Under the pieces are notes generated by a model, which had not been told where the DNA came from, searched no databases, and worked only from the letters and a program-made list of their open reading frames with translations. Positions 49,939 through 59,204 of a stretch of DNA of 64,000 bases are shown here, in pieces. The DNA comes from a phage: the NCBI GenBank assembly GCA_025823825.1, contig GCA_025823825.1_4720.1; one strand, given 5' to 3'. Position numbers and translations under genes: made by a program. How positions within the stretch are numbered: the first letter of the stretch is position 1; every line of letters begins with the position of its first letter.

Positions 49939-50328
49939 TTAACGCGTTGCATTCTGGATGATTTCTTTTCCGATCTTAACCAAAGCGGGTATCTGTACAG
50001 CGGTTGCGCCTCGATGACGAAACGCGGTCGTTAACGCGGTATCGATACTCACCGCACGTCCGTGAAGACGATCGAAATAGACTTGAGTGATTGCAGCAGC
50101 ATAATCCTTTCGCTGTTTCTTGGTTTGGTTCAACAGCGTCGCACTATGACTAACGATGAAGTAAGCGATTAAGAAGAACGCCGCTGAACGCGAACCGGGT
50201 AGAAAACCTTGTCGCTTAGGAAGCATCTCACAATCGCGAACAGAATTATCGTTCGCGAGCTCTTCCATGTCAACACAGCATAATTTTGCATAGGTGTGGA
50301 GATAGTGGGTAAAAGTTGAATTTAACAT
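49939..50328 (-). CDS. hypothetical protein (129 aa)
   Basis: ORF in minus-strand array of small genes. Confidence 0.45.
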   Translation of the reverse strand: MLNSTFTHYLHTYAKLCCVDMEELANDNSVRDCEMLPKRQGFLPGSRSAAFFLIAYFIVSHSATLLNQTKKQRKDYAAAITQVYFDRLHGRAVSIDTALTTAFRHRGATAVQIPALVKIGKEIIQNATR

Positions 50329-50433
50329 TTTCTTTCCTCGATTGCCATGAGTTCAATGTATAGCTTAAACGTCACAGAACGACGTATAACGGTTTGTTTT
50401 AATTTCTAAGGGGTTTCCTTATCTACGATTGAA

Positions 50434-50796
50434 TTAAAGCGTTCTGAAGAGTTCTGTAGCGTTCTCGTCACGTAGACAGGCTTCGTTCAACAATTCAGCT
50501 AACAGCTTCGACCGAACTTCAACAAATGTCCTGAGGCGATGCTCCCATTCTAAACGGATAGTGTACGTATTATCCAGGTTTTTGTAATCAACGACAGATG
50601 TAGAACAACGGGCTTCGCGTTTGTTCACAGCACTCCAAACATCACGGATAACCGTCACGCCTTTCTTGGTACACGTAAACGTTAAAATAAAGCGATTATT
50701 CGCTGCTTCTTCACGGACATGACTAAATTCACTTCGTAACGATGAGACTTTGATCAGTCGGTCAATAGCTAACGATAAACCGATACGTTGTTGCAT
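50434..50796 (-). CDS. hypothetical protein (120 aa)
   Basis: ORF in array. Confidence 0.45.
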   Translation of the reverse strand: MQQRIGLSLAIDRLIKVSSLRSEFSHVREEAANNRFILTFTCTKKGVTVIRDVWSAVNKREARCSTSVVDYKNLDNTYTIRLEWEHRLRTFVEVRSKLLAELLNEACLRDENATELFRTL

Positions 50797-50797
50797 A

Positions 50798-51223
50798 TCA
50801 AATTCCTTCTTTCAAAATCTCATTAAGACCGTCAGTAATCCAGTCGAACTTCGTCTTAATCATGGCTGGGTTCAATCCATATACTTCCCACACAAGCTGG
50901 GGTTTATGTGTTCCATCGTCCAAACAAAGCACATCGATTGAGAGTACCATACCACCCGTCAATTTCATGTTCTCGCAACTACGAAGATATGCGGATTCTA
51001 GCAATACTTTCCCTAACGCAGTGCAAGCAAATGTTAACCGGGAAGAGTACAGGTACGATGACGTTTTACAGTAGGTTGCTGATATCGGTTGAATATGTTT
51101 GCGGAGTTTGGCGTCTTCACGTAAAAGCAATAACGTGTGATGTAACCGCGTATGCTCGGTAACCGATGAGCTATACTCACCGATACACTCTTCGGCGACT
51201 GATTTAGGCCATTTAATTTGCAT
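50798..51223 (-). CDS. hypothetical protein (141 aa)
   Basis: ORF in array, 1-nt spacing to the neighbour. Confidence 0.45.
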   Translation of the reverse strand: MQIKWPKSVAEECIGEYSSSVTEHTRLHHTLLLLREDAKLRKHIQPISATYCKTSSYLYSSRLTFACTALGKVLLESAYLRSCENMKLTGGMVLSIDVLCLDDGTHKPQLVWEVYGLNPAMIKTKFDWITDGLNEILKEGI

Positions 51224-51238
51224 GTTCGATTCCCCTTA

Positions 51239-51682
51239 TTAGCAGTACGTGTCGTTCAACACGCGACTCACGTCTAAATGTTCTAGTTGATGTATAATGC
51301 CATCAGCAATGCGTTGTAGATAGGCTGTCTTATCCAATACCGAATCCGATGAAATCGCCCAGTAGGCTTCTGATACCCGATATTCGCTACCTTCACCGAG
51401 ACTGACCTGATTAACCAGCTTCACATCAGCGTATCTCGTCCCACGTTCAGCGTACCAGTAGATGTTTTCCAGTACGTCCTTTCCCGTTTGTGAAAACACA
51501 AACCAAAGCTTCACGTCTAAGCCGGATACTTCGACATCAACGCAGCGAAGATGATTCTCCAAAGGCGCAAAAGAGGCTAAACGTTCCAGCGCGTTTTGCA
51601 GCGTGGGGTGATTAAGCTTTTCTAGATCTTTAGCGGGTTGTTTAGATGATAGCGCGATCGATTTACAGAATTTGGTTTCCAC
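51239..51682 (-). CDS. hypothetical protein (147 aa)
   Basis: ORF in array. Confidence 0.45.
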   Translation of the reverse strand: METKFCKSIALSSKQPAKDLEKLNHPTLQNALERLASFAPLENHLRCVDVEVSGLDVKLWFVFSQTGKDVLENIYWYAERGTRYADVKLVNQVSLGEGSEYRVSEAYWAISSDSVLDKTAYLQRIADGIIHQLEHLDVSRVLNDTYC

Positions 51683-51790
51683 GGTAGGTTCCTCTTGATA
51701 GATGGTAGTAACGGGGATACCGCGGTATCCCCTAAGTCTTTATAACACATTCCAAGCCATATTGGATACAGGCTCGTTACGTTCGATGAA

Positions 51791-52192
51791 TCACATCAGT
51801 TGTTCTTTAAGTTGGGTTAACTTATTCGCAACGATGGTCTCAACATCGATGATCTTGTTCATGTTGTCGAGGGTATCCTGCCAGATGAAAATATCCACAG
51901 AACGGGTTCCGGCTAACCCGTTCTCAGGACGATGGTCGCGGGTCACGTAGCGTGGTCTCTGCGGGCAGGTTTGTAACTCGATCCAAAGCGCATCTAACGG
52001 ACCACGGTCCGTGACACCTAAGGCGAAGAATTCACCTCGTACGACCAGAACATCATCAGCCGTCCTGACACGGGTTGATCCTTCGTACACCAATTCCATC
52101 TTTGCTCGGCAGGCTGGGTTCTCGTTCCACGCCTGGACGGCATCGGCAAGGGCTATTGACGTTGCGGTGGTGTTCGTTTGATCATGTTGCAT
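51791..52192 (-). CDS. hypothetical protein (133 aa)
   Basis: ORF in array. Confidence 0.45.
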   Translation of the reverse strand: MQHDQTNTTATSIALADAVQAWNENPACRAKMELVYEGSTRVRTADDVLVVRGEFFALGVTDRGPLDALWIELQTCPQRPRYVTRDHRPENGLAGTRSVDIFIWQDTLDNMNKIIDVETIVANKLTQLKEQLM

Positions 52193-52269
52193 TCTAAGCT
52201 CCTGTAACGCTCTCTAAGCGTCGTTTTAAGTTAAGGTATAGTTTCCCTTCTTTGGATTCGTTTATTGCG

Positions 52270-52545
52270 TTATACGGCTTTTCTGTGCGCGTAGAACGCC
52301 TTCGTTCCGTTGTTGATTGCTTCAACCACATCCCGGGTTAACACAACGGCGTTATCGCTTCGAGACGACGGTGCGTAATACCCTTCACCGTTCTCGGTAA
52401 TCAGGCGATAACGGACTAAGCCTATGCTCGGTTCAACACGTAGCACCTTTTCAAGTTTGTATTTGATGATCTTCGTCAGGCTGACTGTGTCTGACGCGTA
52501 GATTGCTTTATAAACCTTGTTCTTTGCTGTCGGTTTCATCAACAT
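52270..52545 (-). CDS. hypothetical protein (91 aa)
   Basis: Short ORF in array. Confidence 0.4.
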   Translation of the reverse strand: MLMKPTAKNKVYKAIYASDTVSLTKIIKYKLEKVLRVEPSIGLVRYRLITENGEGYYAPSSRSDNAVVLTRDVVEAINNGTKAFYAHRKAV

Positions 52546-52585
52546 GATTTCTGTTGTACTTTCCTTTTCGCTTGTTGGTGTTGGA

Positions 52586-52939
52586 TTAAGGTTTAGGTTC
52601 CGTTTTGTGTTGTGTGAGTAGTGTGTTGATCTGCTCCCGTTGTTCTTTTAAGTATGCGGGAAGCTGGTCTTCCCATACCGTTCCGATTTCCAACGTGATG
52701 TACCAGCGTTGTTCGGAAGCCAGCCATTGAAAACCGCTCTGTAAACGAAGGATGCTAGGATCACGTACCTTGCTTGCGCTGTAACGGTTGAACCAATCCA
52801 GGTATTCTGCTTTCCCTTCATCGTCGGCAACGTAACGCTGCACGCTGTTCTTCCCTTTGTTCTCGTATCCCGTTGCACGTATCATGCGAGCGTTGCTCCC
52901 GTATCGTGTTGCGTATGGCGTAGCATGGTAGCATCCCAT
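52586..52939 (-). CDS. hypothetical protein (117 aa)
   Basis: ORF in array; overlaps the upstream ORF's 3' end. Confidence 0.4.
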   Translation of the reverse strand: MGCYHATPYATRYGSNARMIRATGYENKGKNSVQRYVADDEGKAEYLDWFNRYSASKVRDPSILRLQSGFQWLASEQRWYITLEIGTVWEDQLPAYLKEQREQINTLLTQHKTEPKP

Positions 52940-53664
52940 TGTACGATCCGGCTCCGGCTTACCCGCATCATGATGGATTCGTCATCAAGCCCTGGTTGCA
53001 CAACCGGCAACCAACGTTCGTTAAGCACCTTCGCTTCAACGCGTTTCTTGCGGGGATTGTAACGCACCTCGCTAACCCAAGCGAATCCAAGTGGATGCAC
53101 AACCCGTGGATAATACATGCGGAGCAATTGATGCATCCGATCTGTCACCTCCAGGTTAACATCCACCATGTAAGGTTTCACCATGGTAAGCTTTTTGGTG
53201 TAATACGTTCCAACGGTATGGTTACGCCAGCATGGCAAGGCATGATCCCCTTCTCTCAGTTTGCTATCCGGGTTCATCGGCCAGAACTGCTGTTCACCGC
53301 CCAGCATCGCGTGCCGCCGATCAACGCAACGAACCTGATCGGCGAACAATGGATCCAGGATATCATCCACCGCGCCCTTATTGCGATAACCGTGATGTAC
53401 CACCAACCTGCTTGCGCTCATCCGTTGCGGATGCTGGCTCTTATGCGCATACAGTCCTCCATCACCGCGCGTGTCGTAAAGATAGCCGCATGCGCCACGC
53501 CATATCACCTTGCCTACGGTTCTCTCGTTTTCAAGCAGCATCGTCGGCCCATCAAGCAAATTGGTGAACCACTGCACCTTCACGCATTCCGCTTGGACAT
53601 GCTCAGGTAATGCCTGATACTCTTTTTGGGTGTATAAGGTATCAAAAATGATTTCATCGTTCAT
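52882..53664 (-). CDS. hypothetical protein (260 aa)
   Basis: First gene of the array; promoter-like motif at 53755-53763 about 90 nt upstream. Confidence 0.5.
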   Translation of the reverse strand: MNDEIIFDTLYTQKEYQALPEHVQAECVKVQWFTNLLDGPTMLLENERTVGKVIWRGACGYLYDTRGDGGLYAHKSQHPQRMSASRLVVHHGYRNKGAVDDILDPLFADQVRCVDRRHAMLGGEQQFWPMNPDSKLREGDHALPCWRNHTVGTYYTKKLTMVKPYMVDVNLEVTDRMHQLLRMYYPRVVHPLGFAWVSEVRYNPRKKRVEAKVLNERWLPVVQPGLDDESIMMRVSRSRIVQWDATMLRHTQHDTGATLA

Positions 53665-53754
53665 TTAAAAGATCCTCTGTTTTTCACGTTAATTAAACAA
53701 CGTATTGATTTCTATTCGATAGCAATACGAACATCGTACGTATGCATCATGAAG

Positions 53755-53763
53755 GTAATATAG
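53755..53763 (-). promoter_or_regulatory. promoter-like motif CTATATTAC (minus strand)
   Basis: Extended conservation with sites at 28099 and 41221 (TTTCACGGCTATATTACCTTCATGATG on the minus strand). Confidence 0.5.
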
Positions 53764-54507
53764 CCGTGAAAGGATTTGTGTTACAGAAGGGTTTTGTTGT
53801 TTTTAAGAAGGGATGGATTTAGAAGAGGTGTTTCAAGGAAGGTAAACGAGGATAGGTATTTTGATTTAAGTAAGTAAGATGTTATCTGTATTTGTTAAAA
53901 GTGTATTGTTTATCTTAGGTTATGTCTTATTGTTTAATCGTTTAATATTTTTATCTACGTAGGTTTAACTCTATCTTGTTTGTATATTTAAATTAATTTA
54001 AAAGTAAGTCAATAAGCGTATCTTCAAAACAATGGATAACATGTGTTTACTACCTTAACGGTAACACATGTCATCTGTGCATTACACTCCGTTACATGCT
54101 GGTTAAATCGGATAACTCAAAAAAACATTTGTGATACTCTTCTTCACGTTGTTCATCAGAGTATCTCGTCTATACTCATTGCATTCGTATACGACATAAC
54201 CGTTATACGCTAACGCTACGCTTATAGCTTGATAACTCTAAGGATAAAAACATAAACTCGCTTCGCTCGTTTAGTTTTTCTTTTTCTTAGAGTTATCCTG
54301 TTGCTCGTCTCTAAAGGACTTCGCTCCTCCCCCGTCCCCCGAAGGGGCCGAGGTCGTGGAAATTTTACTTTCCAAATACATTTACAACATCTGTAAACTT
54401 TTACTCCAGGTACTTAATCTTATCATTAGAAATTATAAAAGAGAAGAATAAACATAAACATAAACCTTCCTCCAACCCAGCAGGGAAGGAGGAAGGGAGA
54501 GATTAAA

Positions 54508-55401
54508 TTATTCGGAAACGTTATAGCCGAATACTGCTTTACCGTAGGTGTGGGTACCGTCAGCTAACGACACCACTAACACATTGCTGTACGTAGCGTT
54601 AACACCATTGTCGGTAGAACTGGTGGTAGCACCGTTATAGACAAAGGTAGCTGTTTGCAGATTGGTTTTCAGTTCATTGATGATATCATCACTTACGCCG
54701 GTCTGCTCTTTGATCAGGGTGGTCAGGTTACCTGCTAAGCTTGCATCGATCTTGGTGTCGTTACTGGTAATAGCTTGTAAACCTGCAGTGTAGGTGCTGA
54801 AGTCTAACGGATAGGTTAACAGACGCGCTGAGGTCTTGGTACCATCGCCTTCATCAACGTAGGTTAAGTTACCCAGGTTGGTAACCTCGATGATGTTAGC
54901 CAGATCCAGCGTGGTGTTATAAACTTTAACTTGAACAGAGCCATACCACGCCAACGAATCTTCTTTGGCTTCCAGGGTGATCGTCTGGATACCAGACTGA
55001 TCGAAGGTAACCGGAGTAGCTAACGTTTCGGCTTTGATGTCTTTCGCTTTATCCAGGAACTTCTCACCGGAAGGCGTGATCATACCGTAGCGTTGAGCTA
55101 CAAGGTCAACCACATCACCGATGGTGGTGTTCGCCTCAACGTTAACACGTACGGCGATCTTCTGGAACCACTTAGCCAGATCCAGACGATGGTAGGTAAC
55201 ATCGCGGTTATTGAAGTAAGGGGTACCTTCACCAGGACTAAGTGTTAAAGTTGCTTCTGGAGCAGAAGGATTCTTTTCTTTAAGGACGTATTTAAGGTCG
55301 GTATATTTAAAGCTGGCACCAGTGTCAGCGTTAAGCTGGTTGATCTCATCAACGATAAGTTGCCAAGGTGTTTTTAAAGTAAGCGATACTTGAGCAGTCA
55401 T
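54508..55401 (-). CDS. probable abundant structural protein (about 297 aa)
   Basis: Start corrected to ATG at 55401 (MTAQVSLTLK…) with ribosome-binding site aggaag; the annotated N-terminal 91 codons overlap the divergent gene and are rejected. Strong codon bias; Thr/Asn/Ser-rich. Confidence 0.55.
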   Translation of the reverse strand: MTAQVSLTLKTPWQLIVDEINQLNADTGASFKYTDLKYVLKEKNPSAPEATLTLSPGEGTPYFNNRDVTYHRLDLAKWFQKIAVRVNVEANTTIGDVVDLVAQRYGMITPSGEKFLDKAKDIKAETLATPVTFDQSGIQTITLEAKEDSLAWYGSVQVKVYNTTLDLANIIEVTNLGNLTYVDEGDGTKTSARLLTYPLDFSTYTAGLQAITSNDTKIDASLAGNLTTLIKEQTGVSDDIINELKTNLQTATFVYNGATTSSTDNGVNATYSNVLVVSLADGTHTYGKAVFGYNVSE

Positions 55402-55540
55402 TTTCTTCCTCGATAGTTGGTACATCACTCTCAAAAGATGTAAGTGTTTACAGAAATTAATATATTTTATATTAAATGTGAATATTATGGAGAACGACTC
55501 CGAATCTCCTTTTCGACCATCAAAATCAGAGGACACGAAC

Positions 55541-56086
55541 ATGTCTACTTTAGACTTTAACAAAGCAGCGAAATCCCTTCTGCTTGATCTTATTAACACC
55601 AAAGCGACCCGCACATTGGCTGAAGAAGAACTGCAGTTCGGTACTCCGCAGGAATCTTCCGAACATGAAAAGAACACCGTTATTCAGCTGGACGCGGCGG
55701 CTGAAGCAGCTAACCTGCAGGGTACTCAGCAGTTCTACTACGATCGTCTGGCTCTGTCTGACGTTTTCGCTGATGTAACTGGTGATGTTACTTTCGAACT
55801 GCCGCACGGTACTGACAGCATTCAGGCTTCTGAGCTGGTAAGCAAGCTGGTCACCAAATTCGGTCTGGCTTCCCTGAATGGTGAAATCAGAGAAGAAACC
55901 TTCCAGCTGTCTGCCGGTACTGTTGGTGAGGTAATTCTGAATGCGATCGAGGGTGGCCTGGTATACACTGGTACTCTGCGAGTTGCCCTGACCTACGCAC
56001 TGGCACCAAAAGACGAACTGGCAACCGTTCTGGCGAATAACGTAGCTGAAGGTTTCGAGAAACCGACCGTTAGCGTTGTTGGCTAA
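55541..56086 (+). CDS. probable abundant acidic protein (about 181 aa)
   Basis: Start corrected to the ATG of MSTLDFNK (about 55541) with ribosome-binding site gagga; very strong codon bias (ctg, ggt, cgt, gaa); divergent from 54508..55401 across an AT-rich promoter region. Confidence 0.55.
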   Translation: MSTLDFNKAAKSLLLDLINTKATRTLAEEELQFGTPQESSEHEKNTVIQLDAAAEAANLQGTQQFYYDRLALSDVFADVTGDVTFELPHGTDSIQASELVSKLVTKFGLASLNGEIREETFQLSAGTVGEVILNAIEGGLVYTGTLRVALTYALAPKDELATVLANNVAEGFEKPTVSVVG

Positions 56087-56380
56087 TAAGCACATAGAGC
56101 AATAGTATGGGTTTTGTACAGCTCGGCTATTGATCTTCTACAATTTGGTTGTAACAATCTGCGTGGTTGCACGCTTATCTTTCTCATTGAACGCTTCGTA
56201 TGAAGCGTGGTGTTGAAAGGGTTGTGGATCTCCTCAAGCGGCCAGGGACCCAGACCAACCTGAATAAACACAAACACATGTTAAGCCCCTCCTCATCCGT
56301 TATTGGGTGGGGAGGGGTCTTATACGTCTTTATGCGTTCCGTTCGTTCTGGATCGTTTTAGGACGGTTTATGATGGTGTT

Positions 56381-57016
56381 TTACTCAACACTGAACCCGT
56401 TCAAGATGATCGCTTCATAACGCTTACGTTCACGACGTTTGCGTGCCTGCCAACCGTAGATGAATTTCTCATCTTTCTCACGACGTTCCGCTAATTCGAT
56501 GTAATAGGTGCTCTGCATATCCAGCATCGCGTCGATGAGATAATCCTTACCGGTTGCACCACGCTTAGCGATGTAAGCATCAAGAGCTGCCAGTGATTTG
56601 GGACCCATTGCACCATCAGCATCAATATCTTTCCAGTAAGTTTGACGGTTGTTCATGACGTTCAGGTAACGCTGGAGGTTCTTAACTGCGACTGATTTGC
56701 CTGCGTTGATACCCAGGTCAAAGAGACGGTCAGCTAAAAACACAGAACGTTTCATGACTTCATCAAGCTTCATCTTATCCCAGAAGTGGGTCTTGTAGAT
56801 AAAGAACGCCATTTCCGTGGTAAGGTTACGCATGTTACCGTTCCAGCCGAATTTCGTTTTCAGTGTGGTTTTGTATTGATTGGCAAGCGCTTGCGTAATG
56901 CCGTGGTTTGTGATTCCGCCCGAATCATCGGGATCGTCGACGTAACCTGCTTCGATGCTGGTTTTGTCGCGAATGATAAATTCGCACGTAAAATCTTTTT
57001 CAGTAATCTTAGCCAT
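56381..57016 (-). CDS. endolysin candidate: GH108-type lysozyme with C-terminal peptidoglycan-binding domain (211 aa)
   Basis: N-terminal GH108 signature SIEAGYVDDPDDSGGITNHGITQ (catalytic Glu in EAG/EGG context), followed by a PG_binding_3-like region. Confidence 0.65.
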   Translation of the reverse strand: MAKITEKDFTCEFIIRDKTSIEAGYVDDPDDSGGITNHGITQALANQYKTTLKTKFGWNGNMRNLTTEMAFFIYKTHFWDKMKLDEVMKRSVFLADRLFDLGINAGKSVAVKNLQRYLNVMNNRQTYWKDIDADGAMGPKSLAALDAYIAKRGATGKDYLIDAMLDMQSTYYIELAERREKDEKFIYGWQARKRRERKRYEAIILNGFSVE

Positions 57017-57142
57017 TAGAACTCCTCGTTGGAATAACGATTTAGAGGAATAGGAAGGGTCTAGAACGCGATAAACGATTTAATCCAGGCAAACCCCAGG
57101 TTAAACTTTTCTAAGCGTTAGAACGCGTTCTAGAGCGCAATA

Positions 57143-59191
57143 TCAAATACCTTTGGTTCCCTTCACGTGATGTGCGATTTCTTCAACCATTGCACGCAGA
57201 GCACGAAGCTGTTGGTCGTGTTCGTACCAACCGCCTAACAGAACCCCGCTATACACCATGGTGTCAAGACTTAACAGTCCTTTATCTGATACGTTGATCA
57301 TTTCAGGGAACTGTTCTTGAACACGCTGTGCGATAACACCGATCTTCTCTACATCAGGATCGTAGTTGTGGCGGAAACGGGCAAGCCCGCTGCGCGCCAT
57401 TTCGCGTAAACGCTCACTAAGAGACTCTGGGTGGTCTTTCAGATAACGGATGTCGTGTTTACTGCGCTCATCCGAGCGAATGTATGCGTTAGGAACATCG
57501 ATGTTGCTGTTGAAGTACAACGCACTACCACCACCTGCAGAGTTCCCCCAATAGAAGCGTGTGATCTCACCGCCGCCATTCTCCGTGATGATGACATGTT
57601 TACCTAAACGCGTACCACCATTACCATCAACGAAGACCAGTTTGTTTCCGCTGTAAGAACCCCAGAACAAGCGTGTATCGATGATGTGTGTTGCAGCGAG
57701 ACGGGCGTTACGTGGTGTAGAATACACGGTGTTAACATCTTGCTGTGCATGCGCATCGGAAGCGATACCGTAGTTCTGTACGTTACCTAACCCAACCTGC
57801 GCTTTCGTAACAGCATGAGGGTTATCCCGACGGTTAGCGTGAGCGTTAACCAGATCGCCCGCTAATTTCTGAATTGCCCAGTTGGTAGACTGTGGTGTCA
57901 TGTAACGGTTAGTTGCAGAACCACCTTGCGCTTCAGCTTGGTTAGCGGTTGGGTAGTTCTCAACACTTCCTAACCCTACTTGTGCTTTAGACACTTGGTG
58001 TGGGTTATTCTTGTCAGCGATGTGTGCATTAAGCGGAACTAACGCAAAGGTCTCAATGGACGCTTTGGTTGTGTTCGGTGCCATTAATCGGTTAGCTGCA
58101 ACACCGGCACGCGCTTCTTCTTCAGAAGCCATTGGGTAGTCTTGCACATTCCCCAACCCAACCTGCGCTTTGGTTACCCTGTGTGGGTTGTTGTAATCGG
58201 CTTTATGCGCATTAAGTGGGATCAATGCGAACTGTTCAATCGCTGCAGCGGTGCGTAGCGGCGTCATGAAACGGTTGTTCGCTGTTCCGGCTTTCGCCTC
58301 ATCATCCGAAGCGGTCGGGAAGTTATCAACGTTCCCAAGGTTAACCTGCGCTTTCGTAACAGCATGAGGGTTATCCCGACGGTTAGCATGCGCGTCGACT
58401 AGATCGCCTGCCAGTTTAGCAATCGCCCATCCAACCGTCTGTGCCGTCATGTAACGGTCAGGTGCAGTACCGGCTTCTGCCTCCGCCTTGTTTGCGGTAG
58501 GATAGTTCTGTACGTTACCTAGTCCGACTTGGGCTTTTGTTACTTCGTGCGGGTTATCGGTACGGTTAGCGTGAGCGTAATGCAGATCGGTCAGATCTTT
58601 ATCCGCCGCTTGCATGTCTTTGCGTAGCTGATCGATTGCCGCCCAGAGACGGTTATCGGACGCAGCATCACCGATAAGTATTGCGGCCTTCAGTGAGTAG
58701 ATCGCTAAGCAAAGATGTTCGGTACCGTAAATAGCACTAACGTGGTGGATGTGTGGTTCAGGCGGATAGAGTTCCGGTTTGTTCTTGATGTCGTCCCAGT
58801 TGATCGGACGATCGTCAAGTTTGAGTTCTTCGATAGCCTGATATAACGCGTCAATAAGACTTACGTAAACACCACCGATGATACGATAGTCGTTAATTAA
58901 CGTCCCCTCGATATCATCGTTGATGATGGCGATCGCCGCACAGATTTCTTTACCTGCGTAAAGCGTCGCATCCTGATACAAGAAGATGGGTTTATAATCC
59001 ACGCCTCGTACCAGTGTCTTACCGGTAAGCTTTTCAGTGATGACCAGACTTTCGGTAAAGAACGGTCCGCCATCAAGGGCGTAACATTTATTCTCGGTTC
59101 GTGGAACGGTATGCTCTTCACCAACGATGTGGTTGCTGGCGAGTGTACCGGTCCAGTCCTCGGGGTACTTCAGGGTAATTGGTGTCGACAT
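57143..59191 (-). CDS. tail fibre protein with five tandem ~55-aa repeats (682 aa)
   Basis: Repeats of NPHxVTKAQVGLGNVxNYP…A…G…NRYMTP (nt about 57700-58620) are characteristic of phage tail fibre repeats; near-identical ~110-nt DNA repeats at about 57790-57910 and 58340-58460. Confidence 0.8.
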   Translation of the reverse strand: MSTPITLKYPEDWTGTLASNHIVGEEHTVPRTENKCYALDGGPFFTESLVITEKLTGKTLVRGVDYKPIFLYQDATLYAGKEICAAIAIINDDIEGTLINDYRIIGGVYVSLIDALYQAIEELKLDDRPINWDDIKNKPELYPPEPHIHHVSAIYGTEHLCLAIYSLKAAILIGDAASDNRLWAAIDQLRKDMQAADKDLTDLHYAHANRTDNPHEVTKAQVGLGNVQNYPTANKAEAEAGTAPDRYMTAQTVGWAIAKLAGDLVDAHANRRDNPHAVTKAQVNLGNVDNFPTASDDEAKAGTANNRFMTPLRTAAAIEQFALIPLNAHKADYNNPHRVTKAQVGLGNVQDYPMASEEEARAGVAANRLMAPNTTKASIETFALVPLNAHIADKNNPHQVSKAQVGLGSVENYPTANQAEAQGGSATNRYMTPQSTNWAIQKLAGDLVNAHANRRDNPHAVTKAQVGLGNVQNYGIASDAHAQQDVNTVYSTPRNARLAATHIIDTRLFWGSYSGNKLVFVDGNGGTRLGKHVIITENGGGEITRFYWGNSAGGGSALYFNSNIDVPNAYIRSDERSKHDIRYLKDHPESLSERLREMARSGLARFRHNYDPDVEKIGVIAQRVQEQFPEMINVSDKGLLSLDTMVYSGVLLGGWYEHDQQLRALRAMVEEIAHHVKGTKGI

Positions 59192-59204
59192 AACCTGGAG
59201 GTCC

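Noticed and set aside
53665-54507. tRNA gene(s) in the AT-rich ORF-free region
   Set aside because: No GTTCRANYC T-loop or cloverleaf-compatible segment recognised by eye; cannot be excluded without tRNAscan-SE, so left as an open finding rather than a feature.
55402-55677. N-terminal 91 codons of ORF 54508..55677 (MFFSCSEDSCGVPNCSSS…)
   Set aside because: Overlaps the divergent, codon-optimised plus-strand gene; an internal ATG at 55401 with a good ribosome-binding site gives a non-overlapping gene.
14-56318. CRISPR array formed by the repeated CCTCC/GGAGG hairpins
   Set aside because: Copies are kilobases apart, not regularly spaced, not identical in sequence and located at gene ends; they behave as terminator-like hairpins, not CRISPR repeats.
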